In this document: piece by piece, positions 9,653-22,215 of the stretch
Numbering within the stretch: the stretch's first letter is position 1
How the letters are laid out: every line of letters begins with the position of its first letter
From: Candidatus Binatia bacterium
GTDB taxonomy: Bacteria; Desulfobacterota; Binatia; HRBIN30
Assembly (NCBI GenBank): GCA_038245295.1
Contig: JBBRSP010000003.1
Location: 128,001-192,000, forward strand
Direction: 5' to 3'
DNA length: 64,000 bases
Made by a program: the position numbers and the translations under genes
The notes under the pieces: generated by a model
The model's input: only the letters and a program-made list of their open reading frames with translations
Told to the model about the DNA's origin: nothing
Databases searched by the model: none

Positions 9653-12412
9653 ATGTTGCGTAAACGTGTAAACGAGTTGGCCAAAGAGTGGGGCCTCGAC
9701 CCGAAAGATGTCGTGGCTCGTCTCGAGCGCGCCGGCGTGAAGGGCAAGAAACCCCAGAGCACCTTGACGGACGAGGAAATCGACCGCGCGAAGGGCGAAC
9801 TTGGCCTAGTGGACAAGCCGTCGATCGCTGTGGGCGATGAACGGTTGGTGACCGGCAGCGAGGGCCAAACGGTGCTCGAGAAGCGCGTTGGCACCGGTGT
9901 CATCCGACGTCGTGCCGCGGCTCGCGTGGATGCGCCGGCTAGCGATGCTCCCGTATTCGAGGCTCCTTCTACATCAGAGGCGACCTTCGAATCGTTTCCG
10001 CCCACCGAGGCACTCGACGATCTTGCCTTGCCAGTGGCGCCGGAACCTGAGCTGCCTGCACCCCCACATGAGGTGAAGGCCGCTCCGGTGGCTGCGAAAC
10101 CGCCTGCCCCAACGAAGCCTGAGCCGGTTGTCGTACGACCATCTTCGCCTCCAACACGAACTACCGTTATCGTACCGCGAGCCACCGAGGCACCGCGCCC
10201 GCATATCTACCAGCGTCCAAACGCTCCGCCGCCGCGGGCCGCGTTGCCGACCACGGGAACCCAGTCGCCGGCTTCGACGCCGGACGCGCCGCGCGGACCG
10301 CGTATCTTGGGGCGCATCGATCTCAGCAAGATTAAACCACCGGCACCTGCCCCGGCTCCGGCTCAGCGCCCGGGAGTTGCGGCCCGTGGGCCGGCACGAC
10401 CCGCCGCTGGGCCACGAGATGTCAACGAACTCATCCCCCCGCCGCCTCCCGGAGAAGGGGACCGGCCGCGCAAGAAGAAGCGTCGCGTCATCAACAAGCC
10501 GGAAACCGGCGAGCCGTCCGAGTCGGATCGTCGGCGCGGTAAGTTGCCGCGCAAGAAGCGCGTGCTTCCTGGTAAGGAGCTGCGCAAGACGGAGATTACG
10601 GTGCCGCGGGCCAGCAAGCGCGTGGTTCGCATCTCCGAAGTGATCACCGTCGGCGAACTGGCGAAGGCGATGGGTGCCAAGGCAGGCGAGGTCGTCAAGA
10701 AGTTGATGGATGCCGGCATGATGGCAACCATCAACCAGGTTCTCGATCTCGACACCGCCACACTGATCGCGTCCGAGTTCGAGTACAACATCGAAAACGT
10801 CGCCTTCAACGCCGATACTGCCCTCGAAGAAGGGCACGAGCAGCCGCAGGACGACCACCTCGTACCACGCTCGCCAGTGGTGACGATCATGGGCCATGTT
10901 GATCATGGCAAAACCTCGCTCCTGGATGCCATTCGCAAGACCAACGTAACCGAGCAAGAAGCCGGCGGAATCACGCAACACATCGGCGCCTATCAGGTAG
11001 AGGTGCACGGTCGTTCGGTGACGTTCCTGGATACCCCAGGCCATGAGGCGTTCACCGCCATGCGCGCTCGCGGTGCCAAGGTGACCGATATCGTCGTGCT
11101 GGTGGTTGCGGCGGACGATGGCGTGATGCCGCAAACGGCGGAAGCCATCAATCACGCGCGTGCCGCCGAGGTGCCGATCATCGTCGCGATCAACAAGATC
11201 GACAAGCCCGACGCCAACCTCGAACGCACGCGCCAGAGTCTCTCCGAATACGGTCTAGTAAGCGAAGAGTGGGGTGGTGACACCACAGTCGTGCCGGTTT
11301 CCGCCAAAACTCAGGAGGGAATCCCTCAACTCCTCGACATGCTCTTGCTGCAGGCGGATGTGTTGGAGCTGAAGGCGAACCCGGACAAGTTGGCCCGCGG
11401 CACGATTGTCGAAGCCAAATTGGATCGTGGGCGGGGGCCTGTGGCTACCGTGCTCGTTCAAGAGGGGACGCTCAAGATCGGCGACCCATTCGTTTGTGGC
11501 GGTAACTACGGCCGTGTGCGCGCCATGATCGACGATAAGGGCAACAAGATCGACGTGGCTGGGCCGTCGACCCCGGTCGAAATTCTCGGCCTCCAAGGTG
11601 TGCCGGAGGCGGGTAGTCCGTTTGTTGCTGTGGCTGACGAGGCAACGGCGCGACAGGTCGCGGAACACCGGCGCGGCAAACAGCGCGAGGCCGAGCTGGT
11701 CAAGACCGCCAAGGTCTCCTTGGAGGACTTGTACAACCGCATCCAGGCGGGCGACGTCAAGGAACTGCGTGTCGTGCTCAAGGCTGACGTCCAGGGGTCC
11801 GTGGAAGCGATCAGTCAGGCACTCCTGCGCTTATCGGCGGATGAAGTCAGGCTGAACGTGCTGCACTCATCGGTTGGCGGTATCACCGAGAGTGACGTAC
11901 TCCTCGCCTCGGCATCGAACGCCATCGTCATCGGCTTCAACATTCGCCCGGAGTCGAAAGCCAACGCCGTAGCGGAACGCGAAGGCGTTGAGATCCGTCT
12001 CTACACGATCATCTATGACGCCGTGAACGAAATTCGCGAAGCCATGGAAGGCCTCCTGGAGCCGATGTTCAAGGAGAAAACGGTTGGGCGAGCCGAAGTC
12101 CGCCAGGTTTTCACCGTTCCGAGCGTTGGTCTGGTTGCGGGGTCCTTTGTCATCGACGGCAAGATTACCCGCAATGGGCCAGTACGATTGGTACGCGACC
12201 ACGTCGTCGTCTACACCGGCAAGTTGACCAGCCTGCGTCGATTCAAAGAAGACGCTCGCGAAGTCTCGTCCGGCTACGAATGCGGCATCGGCCTGGAAAA
12301 CTATCAGGACGTGAAGGTTGGCGACGTAGTCGAGGCGTTCGAACTCGAACGCGTCGTCCGGCGCCTGACGCAGACGGCCACCAAAGGCGCCGGAGCCGAG
12401 CGCCGCGCCTAA
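9653..12412 (+). CDS. infB: Translation initiation factor IF-2
   Basis: [20 protein letters not shown] motifs; Pro-rich N-terminal linker. Confidence 0.98.
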   Translation: MLRKRVNELAKEWGLDPKDVVARLERAGVKGKKPQSTLTDEEIDRAKGELGLVDKPSIAVGDERLVTGSEGQTVLEKRVGTGVIRRRAAARVDAPASDAPVFEAPSTSEATFESFPPTEALDDLALPVAPEPELPAPPHEVKAAPVAAKPPAPTKPEPVVVRPSSPPTRTTVIVPRATEAPRPHIYQRPNAPPPRAALPTTGTQSPASTPDAPRGPRILGRIDLSKIKPPAPAPAPAQRPGVAARGPARPAAGPRDVNELIPPPPPGEGDRPRKKKRRVINKPETGEPSESDRRRGKLPRKKRVLPGKELRKTEITVPRASKRVVRISEVITVGELAKAMGAKAGEVVKKLMDAGMMATINQVLDLDTATLIASEFEYNIENVAFNADTALEEGHEQPQDDHLVPRSPVVTIMGHVDHGKTSLLDAIRKTNVTEQEAGGITQHIGAYQVEVHGRSVTFLDTPGHEAFTAMRARGAKVTDIVVLVVAADDGVMPQTAEAINHARAAEVPIIVAINKIDKPDANLERTRQSLSEYGLVSEEWGGDTTVVPVSAKTQEGIPQLLDMLLLQADVLELKANPDKLARGTIVEAKLDRGRGPVATVLVQEGTLKIGDPFVCGGNYGRVRAMIDDKGNKIDVAGPSTPVEILGLQGVPEAGSPFVAVADEATARQVAEHRRGKQREAELVKTAKVSLEDLYNRIQAGDVKELRVVLKADVQGSVEAISQALLRLSADEVRLNVLHSSVGGITESDVLLASASNAIVIGFNIRPESKANAVAEREGVEIRLYTIIYDAVNEIREAMEGLLEPMFKEKTVGRAEVRQVFTVPSVGLVAGSFVIDGKITRNGPVRLVRDHVVVYTGKLTSLRRFKEDAREVSSGYECGIGLENYQDVKVGDVVEAFELERVVRRLTQTATKGAGAERRA

Positions 12413-12415
12413 CCC

Positions 12416-12724
12416 GTGGTTTTCAAAGACAGCGCCGTGGTCGTAGGCGTTCTCAGGTTGACGCTCTACCTGCCGGAGAATCATTCCCTCAAAGGCAAGC
12501 GCGGAGTACTAAACAAGATAAAGTCGCGTGTCGCGAATACATTCAACGTGTCGGTCGTCGAGTGTGACGCGCACGACATGTGGCAACGGGCGGTGCTTGG
12601 AGTTGCTCGCCTCGGCACGGAAGTGGGAGATGTCGACGGTGCGCTGCGACAGGTGGTTCGCTTCGTCGAAGACATGCAGGTCGCTGAAGTCGGCGAAGAT
12701 TCGATCGAGATCCTCCACTGCTGA
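12416..12724 (+). CDS. DUF503 (YlxP) family protein
   Basis: HSLKGKRGVL...FNVSVVE...DMWQRAVLG; between infB and rbfA. Confidence 0.88.
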   Translation: MVFKDSAVVVGVLRLTLYLPENHSLKGKRGVLNKIKSRVANTFNVSVVECDAHDMWQRAVLGVARLGTEVGDVDGALRQVVRFVEDMQVAEVGEDSIEILHC

Positions 12725-12739
12725 TAACAAGGGTGCACG

Positions 12740-13093
12740 ATGAGCAGCCGCCGATCAGAACGAGTCAGCGAGTCAATCCGTGATGCGATTGCCGCCATGC
12801 TCCTACGCGAGGTCAAGGATCCGCGCGTAGGCATGGTCAGCGTTACACGTGTCGTTTTGAGCGATGACTTGAGACAAGCACGCGTCTATTTCAGTTTGGT
12901 CGGCGATCAGGACGCGATTGATCGGTCGATTGCCGGAATGCGAAGTGCGAGCGGCTTCATGCGCAGTCAGTTGGTGCGACGTCTGCAATTGCGGTACGCC
13001 CCGGAACTGACATTCGTGTTTGATCCGTCCCTGGCTGAGTCGATTCATCTCTCGACACTATTGCGTCCAAACGACGATCCGGACGACGAATGA
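12740..13093 (+). CDS. rbfA: Ribosome-binding factor A
   Basis: VKDPR; LSDDLRQARVY; LRYAPELTFVFD. Confidence 0.95.
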   Translation: MSSRRSERVSESIRDAIAAMLLREVKDPRVGMVSVTRVVLSDDLRQARVYFSLVGDQDAIDRSIAGMRSASGFMRSQLVRRLQLRYAPELTFVFDPSLAESIHLSTLLRPNDDPDDE

Positions 13094-13968
13094 ACGGCAT
13101 ACTCGTCGTCGACAAACCGAAGGACCTGACTTCGGCCGATGTTGTTCGTGTCGTTAAACGGCGCTTCCATTGCAAGACCGGACATCTCGGCACACTTGAC
13201 CCTTTTGCGACCGGGTTGCTGCCCATTTGCGTCGGCGAAGGTACAAAGATTGCGCAGTTCTTGAACGACGCCGACAAGGAGTACGCGGGGATCGTACAGC
13301 TCGGCAGCCAAACCGATACCGGAGATCCGACCGGCACGGTGATTCGCGAGGCCGGCGTTCCATCAATCTCCGAAGAGCAACTGGCCGAGTTGGCACGCAC
13401 GCTGGTCGGACCACAGCTGCAAACACCGCCGATGTATTCAGCGGTGAAACAGCAAGGCACGCCCCTTTACAAGTTGGCGCGCCAGGGAGTCGAGGTCGAA
13501 CGCCAGGCGCGCCCGATCTCAATCCTTAGCCTTGAGCTGCATCGCGACGGGCCGACCACGGTGTCGATCCGGGTCGCCTGTTCGAAGGGGACCTATGTGC
13601 GTGTTCTGGCCGAGGAGATTGCGAATCGCCTTGGAACCGTAGGGCATCTCCAATCGTTGCGTCGGACACGCTTCGGACGTTTCAGCGAGTCCATGGCCGT
13701 TACATTATCCGAAGTCGAAAAGGGGGATGTGACGCCGATCGGTTTGCGCGCCGCGCTCGACCATCTCGAGGAGGTGGTGCTCGACTCGAACGCGGCCCGA
13801 CAGGCGCGACACGGCTTCCAACCGTTGCTAAGCTCACTGCCGCTGATGGCAAGAGAAGGTGCCGTAAGACTTGTGGCTCCCGATGGCGCGCTGGCAGCCA
13901 TCATCGCCGCCGACCGCGCCTCGTGGCGGTTCTTGCGGGTTTTTCCGTCGCTTGAAGCCGCAGCCTGA
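13090..13968 (+). CDS. truB: tRNA pseudouridine(55) synthase
   Basis: GHLGTLDPFATGLL; PPMYSAVK; CSKGTYVR. Confidence 0.97.
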   Translation: MNGILVVDKPKDLTSADVVRVVKRRFHCKTGHLGTLDPFATGLLPICVGEGTKIAQFLNDADKEYAGIVQLGSQTDTGDPTGTVIREAGVPSISEEQLAELARTLVGPQLQTPPMYSAVKQQGTPLYKLARQGVEVERQARPISILSLELHRDGPTTVSIRVACSKGTYVRVLAEEIANRLGTVGHLQSLRRTRFGRFSESMAVTLSEVEKGDVTPIGLRAALDHLEEVVLDSNAARQARHGFQPLLSSLPLMAREGAVRLVAPDGALAAIIAADRASWRFLRVFPSLEAAA

Positions 13969-14027
13969 CTCTTGCGGGGACGGCGTCGTGCTGGCAAGAA
14001 AAACCGCGAACCAATGTGATCAAATCG

Positions 14028-15224
14028 ATGCTTGAACATCAAAAGCGATCGATCCCCGTCGGGATCCTGGCTGCAGCTGGAGTTTGGCTCAGCATCCTTA
14101 CTCAGCGCATTCATCAGCAATTGCGGACGTCTTCGGGCTTCCTGCCAAGCTGCGATATGAATGATCGGGTCAGCTGCTCGACGGTGCTCGGCAGCCCAGC
14201 CGCAGAAATGTTCGGGGTCTCGGTGTCGATATGGTCGCTGTGTTTCTACCTAGGCGTGGTGGCCCTGGTGATCACGATCTGCTTGTCTCGAAGCGCGCGC
14301 TTGCGTGGGCTCCTGACCACGACGCTGTTGCTGATGTCGCTATGGTCGGTCGCCTTTTCCGGGTACATGGCCGGCATCGCGATCCTGCAGATTCAGGCAA
14401 TCTGTCTCATGTGCAGCGGGCTGTACCTCGTTGCCGTCGGACTTTTCGCGTCGACGTGGTGGTTGCGACGGGCGACAACGGTCTCCGCCGTAGAGGGTGA
14501 AGCTTCTGACCGTGTTGTCTTGATGATTGGCGCCGCCGTTGCCGTACTCCTCGTTGGATTTGTGGCGTTCGAGATATTTCGACCAGCGCCGCCTTCGGAG
14601 TCGGTCGAGAGCATTCAAGCGAACGATCGCGAGTTCTACGATTGGTTCGTGGCACGTCCGGGCATCGAGATGCCAACTACGGGCGGTAATCGGCGCGGCG
14701 CGGCTACGGCGGCCGTGCAGATCGTCGAGTTCTCGGATTTCGAGTGTGGTCACTGCAATGCGTTTCATCGCAGTCTTGACACCGTTCTCAGACGTATGAC
14801 GTCGGATGTGTCTGTCGTGTTCCATCACTTCCCTCTTGATGCCCATTGCAACCCGACGGTGAAGGATCCATTTCACGAGAACGCATGTCTAGCGGCTGTT
14901 GCGGCAGAATGCGCTGCTGAGCAGGGCAAGTTTTGGGAATACCATAATCAGCTGTTCGATAATCAAGCGCAGCTCGGTCGGACATTTCTGTTGAAGTACG
15001 CTGAGGACCTCGGACTAGAGATCGCGCGCTTTGGCGCATGCTTGAGCAGCCCGGAGGCGCGCAAACGCGTCGAGCAGGATGCGCAACTCGGCGCGCGTCT
15101 TGGAATCCGTTCAACCCCCACGGTTCTCATCAATGGTCGGCGCATCGAAGGCACACTCGATGCAAAACAATTGGCGCAAGCCATCGTTCTCGCCAAGGCT
15201 GAGCCGTCGCCGGCGAAGCCGTAA
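14028..15224 (+). CDS. VKOR-DsbA (thioredoxin-fold) fusion disulfide-formation protein
   Basis: VKOR loop Cys pair and CLMC in the membrane region; FSDFECGHC; TPTVLING. Start uncertain (14016 or 14028). Confidence 0.88.
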   Translation: MLEHQKRSIPVGILAAAGVWLSILTQRIHQQLRTSSGFLPSCDMNDRVSCSTVLGSPAAEMFGVSVSIWSLCFYLGVVALVITICLSRSARLRGLLTTTLLLMSLWSVAFSGYMAGIAILQIQAICLMCSGLYLVAVGLFASTWWLRRATTVSAVEGEASDRVVLMIGAAVAVLLVGFVAFEIFRPAPPSESVESIQANDREFYDWFVARPGIEMPTTGGNRRGAATAAVQIVEFSDFECGHCNAFHRSLDTVLRRMTSDVSVVFHHFPLDAHCNPTVKDPFHENACLAAVAAECAAEQGKFWEYHNQLFDNQAQLGRTFLLKYAEDLGLEIARFGACLSSPEARKRVEQDAQLGARLGIRSTPTVLINGRRIEGTLDAKQLAQAIVLAKAEPSPAKP

Positions 15225-15598
15225 AACTCGGAGTCCGCGTTGGATTGAGCGAACTCAGCGAATTTTTTGGGGTTTCGTTAATCCTCGTCACGGCGCCGAA
15301 AATGGGCAGCCCGATTAGAGTATCGTGCCACGATATGATCGATGACGAGAATTAATTGAGAAGTCGCGGAACTACAACGAGACTGAAAAATTTGTTGACT
15401 GCGACAAGGCCGAACAGTACTCAGATCACCTCTCGCGGTTGTGTTTAAGGAACCCAATTTTTTGCCTCAGTTTGTGAAACTTGTCGGTTGGGCGTGCTGC
15501 TCTCCTGAGGGCGCAGGAGAACCGGGTCGCGTTGGGGAAGGTGTGTATTGCAGGGCGGAGGTTGGGAACGGACGGCGATTCGAGGGTGGGCACCCGGG

Positions 15599-15618
15599 TT
15601 ATCCCCTAGTGTGGATAG
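15599..15618. promoter_or_regulatory. Pair of oppositely oriented DnaA-box-like 9-mers upstream of dnaA
   Basis: TTATCCCCT (15599-15607) and TGTGGATAG (15610-15618; reverse complement CTATCCACA), 2 and 1 mismatches to TTATCCACA. Confidence 0.55.
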
Positions 15619-15669
15619 TCAGCGCGCCTGGCCGACAGGGGTGTGGGTCGGATTGTCGGAGGGGTGGAG

Positions 15670-17007
15670 ATGAAGGAAGCCGAGTGGAGGAGGGCGTTGC
15701 CGAGATTGCGCGAACGCCTCGGCGACCGCAACTTTGCGACTTGGATCGAGCCCATCCGCTGCGTCGGAGACGACGACGGATTGCGGTTGGAGGTCCCAAG
15801 TCGGTTCATTCAAGAATGGGTAAGCCGCCATCTCATTGCCGCGATTCGTGACGTTCTCGGACCTGAGGCAAGCGAAGGCCTGCGTGTCGTCGTTGCCGAC
15901 CAGTCGACGTGGGTTGCGCCTGCGGTCGTTCGGGAAAGCCCCCCGGCTCCGGCGGTAGCTTCACGATCGCGCGTTCCGCGTGTCGGGCGATTGGTTCCCG
16001 ATTACATCTTTGATCGATTCGTCGTTGGGCCTTCCAACCGGGTCGCATTTGAGGCCGCCAAGTCGATCGTGGTTTCGCCAGGCGTGCACTACAACCCCCT
16101 TTTCGTATGGGGTGGAGTAGGTCTTGGGAAAACGCATCTTGTAAACGCCATTGGTCACCAGATTCTTCAGGAAAATCCGCGCGCCCGGGTCGCGTGCATC
16201 GGCGCCGAGACGTTCATGAATGCTATGATCGGCTCGCTGCGCCAGGATCAGATGGCGGGGTTTCGCGACCGTTATCGAGAACTCGATGTCTTGATCCTCG
16301 ACGATGTCCAGTTCCTGGCCGGCAAAGAACGCACACAGGAGGAGTTCTTTCACACCTTCGAGTGTCTCTACACCGCCGGTAAGCAGGTGATCCTCACTTC
16401 AGATAAGCCACCTAGCGCTATGGCTGGACTAGAGAACCGCTTACGCAGCCGTTTCGAAGGCGGACTTTTGGCCGACGTAAGGCCGCCGACCGCCGAGATG
16501 CGTCTAGAGATCATCCACCGCAAGGCCACACTCCAGGGCACCTCGATCCAGGACGACGTCGCCTTGGCGATTGTGCAACGTTGCGGCCCAAGTGTTCGCG
16601 AGCTCGAAGGTGCCCTGACGCGTGTTCTAGCCAGCGCCAATCTGGAGGCTGCCCCTGTCACCGTCGATCTGGTGCAGCAAGTGCTGATGCTGGTGATGCC
16701 GCGCCGCAAGACCCTCACCATCGAGGCGGTTCAGCAGCGCGTGGCTCAACATTTTGGTCTCTCCGTTCCGGATCTTACGTCGCATCGCCGCGGACGCGCC
16801 GTGTCGTTTCCGCGCCAGGTTGCGATGTATCTGAGTCGGACATTGGCCGACGCCGCTCTTACGGCAATCGCGGCGAAATTCGGTGGCCGCGACCACACCA
16901 CGGTCCTCTACGCCGTAAAAACGGTCGAGGCAAAAGCCGAAAAGGACCCGTCGACGCGCCATCTCATTGATGACCTCCAGCGCTCGCTAACCGCCGCCGA
17001 CGAATAG
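15670..17007 (+). CDS. dnaA: Chromosomal replication initiator DnaA
   Basis: NFATWI domain I; YNPLFVWGGVGLGKTHL; LILDDVQFL; RQVAMYL; FGGRDHTTV. Confidence 0.95.
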   Translation: MKEAEWRRALPRLRERLGDRNFATWIEPIRCVGDDDGLRLEVPSRFIQEWVSRHLIAAIRDVLGPEASEGLRVVVADQSTWVAPAVVRESPPAPAVASRSRVPRVGRLVPDYIFDRFVVGPSNRVAFEAAKSIVVSPGVHYNPLFVWGGVGLGKTHLVNAIGHQILQENPRARVACIGAETFMNAMIGSLRQDQMAGFRDRYRELDVLILDDVQFLAGKERTQEEFFHTFECLYTAGKQVILTSDKPPSAMAGLENRLRSRFEGGLLADVRPPTAEMRLEIIHRKATLQGTSIQDDVALAIVQRCGPSVRELEGALTRVLASANLEAAPVTVDLVQQVLMLVMPRRKTLTIEAVQQRVAQHFGLSVPDLTSHRRGRAVSFPRQVAMYLSRTLADAALTAIAAKFGGRDHTTVLYAVKTVEAKAEKDPSTRHLIDDLQRSLTAADE

Positions 17008-17174
17008 AGGCGCGGCCACCCCCGACGGTCGCGCTTTCTCTCCCTGATTCCCAAAACCTCCTCCGCACGCTCACTTTTCTCTCGACGCTCCCTTGACACC
17101 CCTAGGTCGGTGGTTAGGAAGCCGACGGACAGTCGATTCGAAGTCCATCACAATTGGAATCAGGAGGAATAGGC

Positions 17175-17462
17175 ATGAAAATCCGGCCGCTGCAGGACCG
17201 TGTCCTGGTCGAACGCGTCGAGGAAGAGACGAAGACAAAGGGTGGCATCATCATCCCCGATACCGCCAAGGAGAAGCCGCAAGAAGGTAAGGTTGTGGCT
17301 GTCGGTCCGGGCAAGGTCAGCGATGATGGCAAGGTGATCAAACTCTCCGTCAAAGCCGGTGACCGTATTCTCTTCGGGAAATACTCCGGGTCCGAAATCA
17401 AGTTGGACGGATCCGATTATCTGATCATGCGCGAGGACGACATCCTCGGCGTTCTCGAGTAA
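17175..17462 (+). CDS. groES: Co-chaperonin GroES
   Basis: [37 protein letters not shown]. Confidence 0.98.
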   Translation: MKIRPLQDRVLVERVEEETKTKGGIIIPDTAKEKPQEGKVVAVGPGKVSDDGKVIKLSVKAGDRILFGKYSGSEIKLDGSDYLIMREDDILGVLE

Positions 17463-19130
<1,668 letters not shown>

Positions 19131-19185
19131 CGGTTTATGAAGCCCCTGATCTGGGGGGCGGCGAACCGAATGCCCGAAGAGGTCC

Positions 19186-19225
19186 CAACGGCCCGCGAGT
19201 GAAAACTCGCGGGCCGTTGTGCTTT
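19186..19225 (+). terminator. Intrinsic terminator after groEL
   Basis: Perfect 15-bp stem CAACGGCCCGCGAGT/ACTCGCGGGCCGTTG with GAAA loop; weak T tail. Confidence 0.8.
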
Positions 19226-19350
19226 CTCGACCAGGCCTCACTCGGATGTTCTATTCAACGGGCGGACGTATTCGTGGAAGAAAGTACGCCCTTGTTTCGG
19301 CCCGACAAGATTGACAAACCGCGCACCGACCGCCAAAACGGCGGACACTC

Positions 19351-22215
19351 ATGCGATCTCCGCGTCGCGCTACGAGCGCCGTCTTCACGATAGTATTTCT
19401 TCTTGGTTTTGCCGCGAACGTCGAGGCGGCTGTGCGCTTTCAGCGACAGGCCGCGCTGATCCCACTCGACCTCGATGTCGAGAGCGGGCCACAGTCCATC
19501 GCGCTTGGCGACATGAACCGCGACGGCCGTTCTGACCTGGTCGCGGTCGATTTTGGCGCCGAAACGATATCAATTCATTTGGCAGATCCAGCGGGCGTAT
19601 TGCCTGTTACCTCGTCCTCGGAAGCTGAGCTCGATCCCAATGGCGAGGTCGATGCCTTGGAGCCGATTGCGGTGGCCGTGGCAGATTTCAACAACGATCG
19701 TAACCTCGACGTCGTAGTCGCCAATCGCGCCAACCAAAGTGTGTCGGTGCTTCTTGGCACCGCCGACGGCGATTTTACCCGGGATACCGAACCACCAAGA
19801 TTTTCGGTCGCCGGCGTGCCGCTTGGTATTGTCGCGGTCGACCTCGATCTGGACAACAAGGTTGATCTGGCGATCCTGCGGGACAATTCAACTGTGTATC
19901 TTTTGAAGGGGCAGGGGAATGGACAGTTCGTACCTTTCCCGACGGCCAGCATTTCGACCGGTAGCGGTACGAGTGGAAGTTTTCAGATCGTCTCTGGATT
20001 GATCGACAGCAATACGATTCCCGATCTGGTCGTCAGTCATTCAGGATCGCGCAACATCTCCATTCTGTTCGGTGATTCCGCCGGCACCTTCCGACCGGCG
20101 CAAGTGCGCCAAGTGCTCGACGATGTGCGCGGCGTGACGCTGGGCAATTTTAATCGTGACACTGACTCGACTCTGGATATCGCCGTCGCCGTCGAGACCG
20201 GTTTCGATAACGTCGCTCTCTACTTTACGAACGCCGATGGGACGATTCCCGACCAGGTCAGTACGCGTACCGAGGTTGCCGAATTCCCGCAATATATCGC
20301 AGCCCTCGACGTCGACGGCGATACGAAGGACGATTTGGCCACAGGGTCGGCAAGTGACCAGGGTGGTACGATCTCTGGCTCGATTGCGTGTCAGCAGGAG
20401 AGCCTTCAGTGTACGGTTCCCAATACGGAGACGCGAGGTGGATTCCAGCTCCAGGAGGGACTGAATACGGCAACCAATCGCGCCATCGTCGTGGGTGATC
20501 TAAATGGGGATTCGCATCCGGACCTGGTCTTTGTGACGCAAAGCGGCAACGCGGTTCCCTTCATCAATCGGATCGGACAAGTCGTGCCCACCACGACTCC
20601 AACATTCCTCCCCAGCGTACCGACCTTTACCCCAACCCCGACGCTGCCGACCTTCACGCCGACACGCACGCCAACGCCGACGGTAACTTCAACGGCTACG
20701 GCTCTTCCCACTGCCCCTTATGGAGTCTGTAATAGTGCCGATGCGGGTGCCAACGGTGGCGAGGTTCTGCCGCGATTCGGTCGCCCGGTGGCGCTTGCCA
20801 TCGGGGATTTCGATCGCGACGGAACACCCGACGTAGCGGTTGCCAACTTCACCGGGAACCGCATCCAGATCGTCCGACCCAAGCCTGTGGCGGGTGGTAG
20901 TGATCCGTGCAGCGTCTTGTCCCTCACGGCAACCCTGCCGGCACTCGACGTGGATCAACCAACCGGTGTTGTCGCAGCTGACTTCGACCGTGACGGGAAG
21001 ATCGACATCGCGGCATCCGGTAGCGCCGGTCTAAGCGTCTTCTATGGCGACGGCACAGGGAAGTTCGCCGCCGGAAGCGGGTTCCCAATGACGGCGGGAA
21101 CGGCTCCTTCGGATGTCGCGGTGGGAGACGTCGACCACGATGGTATCCTCGACCTGCTCGTATCCAACAACGGCAGCAGCGACGTGTCCTTGTTCCGAGG
21201 CACCGGTGGTCGTACCTTCTCGGCACCTTGCGCCCTGTCCATCGGTAGCGGGCAAGGAGCTGGACATCTCGTGGCAAATGACTTCAACCTCGATGGGCAG
21301 GTCGATTTTGCCGTCACCAGCCCGACCGTGAATGCGTTTACCGTGTTCCAGCGCAACAAGCCTGGCGATCCAGTGCCCGCGAACGCTTGTCCCGAAAACA
21401 CCTCGGGGTTCCAACGTTTGCCGCTTGCGAGTCTGAGCGGTCAGCCGAGCTCGATTGTTTCGGCGTTGGTTGACCGTGCGGACTCGGTCCCAGATCTGGT
21501 CCTCGGCGTCCACAACATGGCGCCCGATGCCGACAACGTGGTCGTAGTCACCGGCCGCATCCTCAGCTCGGGAACGATTGATTACTCACAGCGTGGCTCC
21601 TTGGAGCTGTCGGATTCGCGGGCCTTTATCTCAACTGTCGCGGTTGCCGATGTTATTCGTGACGGGGTTGCCGACCTCATCGTCGGCGATACCCGACGCG
21701 GCCTGATCTATGTGCTCCGGGGGGAGGGAGACGGAGTTTTCCGAGAAACGCCGAATCCGTTCAGCGTCCGGGGCATCAATGACACAACCTCGGTTCCTGT
21801 GGATACGGCGGTTGCCGATTTCGATCGTGACGGGTTCCCCGATGTGGTGACCGCCAATACCAATGCGACAGACAGCGGAACTCTGAGTTTTCTGGTGAGC
21901 TCGCGGCCGCGCGCGACACCAACTCCAGCGCCAACATTCACGCCAACCGTCACTTCGTCTCCGACGCCTGTAAGTCCATCGCCGACACCGACCGCTACCT
22001 CCACCGAGACGCCCGGGCCGTCGGCGACACGTACCAACCGGCCGACCAATACTCGAACAGCGCTGCCAACCGCGACGCAGCGCGGTGTGATTCAGTTGAG
22101 TAACGGGACTTGTGCCGTGAGCCCGGATCCGTCGGGTAGTTCCGGTGCCGCGTTGCTAATCGGTGCGGCCGTGGTCTGGCTCGGTGGTAGAAGTCGCCGC
22201 AGAGAGAGGCAGTGA
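19351..22215 (+). CDS. Secreted FG-GAP/VCBS repeat protein with Thr/Pro linkers and MYXO-CTERM-like tail
   Basis: Signal peptide; many GD(F/M/V)(N/D)xDGxxD repeats in two blocks; C-terminus GTCAV...TM...RSRRRERQ. Confidence 0.88.
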   Translation: MRSPRRATSAVFTIVFLLGFAANVEAAVRFQRQAALIPLDLDVESGPQSIALGDMNRDGRSDLVAVDFGAETISIHLADPAGVLPVTSSSEAELDPNGEVDALEPIAVAVADFNNDRNLDVVVANRANQSVSVLLGTADGDFTRDTEPPRFSVAGVPLGIVAVDLDLDNKVDLAILRDNSTVYLLKGQGNGQFVPFPTASISTGSGTSGSFQIVSGLIDSNTIPDLVVSHSGSRNISILFGDSAGTFRPAQVRQVLDDVRGVTLGNFNRDTDSTLDIAVAVETGFDNVALYFTNADGTIPDQVSTRTEVAEFPQYIAALDVDGDTKDDLATGSASDQGGTISGSIACQQESLQCTVPNTETRGGFQLQEGLNTATNRAIVVGDLNGDSHPDLVFVTQSGNAVPFINRIGQVVPTTTPTFLPSVPTFTPTPTLPTFTPTRTPTPTVTSTATALPTAPYGVCNSADAGANGGEVLPRFGRPVALAIGDFDRDGTPDVAVANFTGNRIQIVRPKPVAGGSDPCSVLSLTATLPALDVDQPTGVVAADFDRDGKIDIAASGSAGLSVFYGDGTGKFAAGSGFPMTAGTAPSDVAVGDVDHDGILDLLVSNNGSSDVSLFRGTGGRTFSAPCALSIGSGQGAGHLVANDFNLDGQVDFAVTSPTVNAFTVFQRNKPGDPVPANACPENTSGFQRLPLASLSGQPSSIVSALVDRADSVPDLVLGVHNMAPDADNVVVVTGRILSSGTIDYSQRGSLELSDSRAFISTVAVADVIRDGVADLIVGDTRRGLIYVLRGEGDGVFRETPNPFSVRGINDTTSVPVDTAVADFDRDGFPDVVTANTNATDSGTLSFLVSSRPRATPTPAPTFTPTVTSSPTPVSPSPTPTATSTETPGPSATRTNRPTNTRTALPTATQRGVIQLSNGTCAVSPDPSGSSGAALLIGAAVVWLGGRSRRRERQ

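Noticed and set aside
12719..12727. TGC-TGA at the end of DUF503 as selenocysteine read-through
   Set aside because: TAA follows immediately and the protein is already full length.
15315..15330. Minus-strand TGGCACG as a sigma-54 promoter
   Set aside because: The -12 GC is missing (TGGCACG-ATAC-TCTA) and no gene follows on that strand.
15225..15669. Definite oriC call
   Set aside because: Only a few degenerate DnaA boxes and no clear unwinding element; they fit autoregulation equally well.
17008..17174. CIRCE element before groES
   Set aside because: No TTAGCACTC-N9-GAGTGCTAA is present; only a TTGACA at 17093 with a poor -10.
19131..19185. Short GC hairpin after groEL as an ncRNA
   Set aside because: Too short and no recognisable family motif; treated as 3' UTR.
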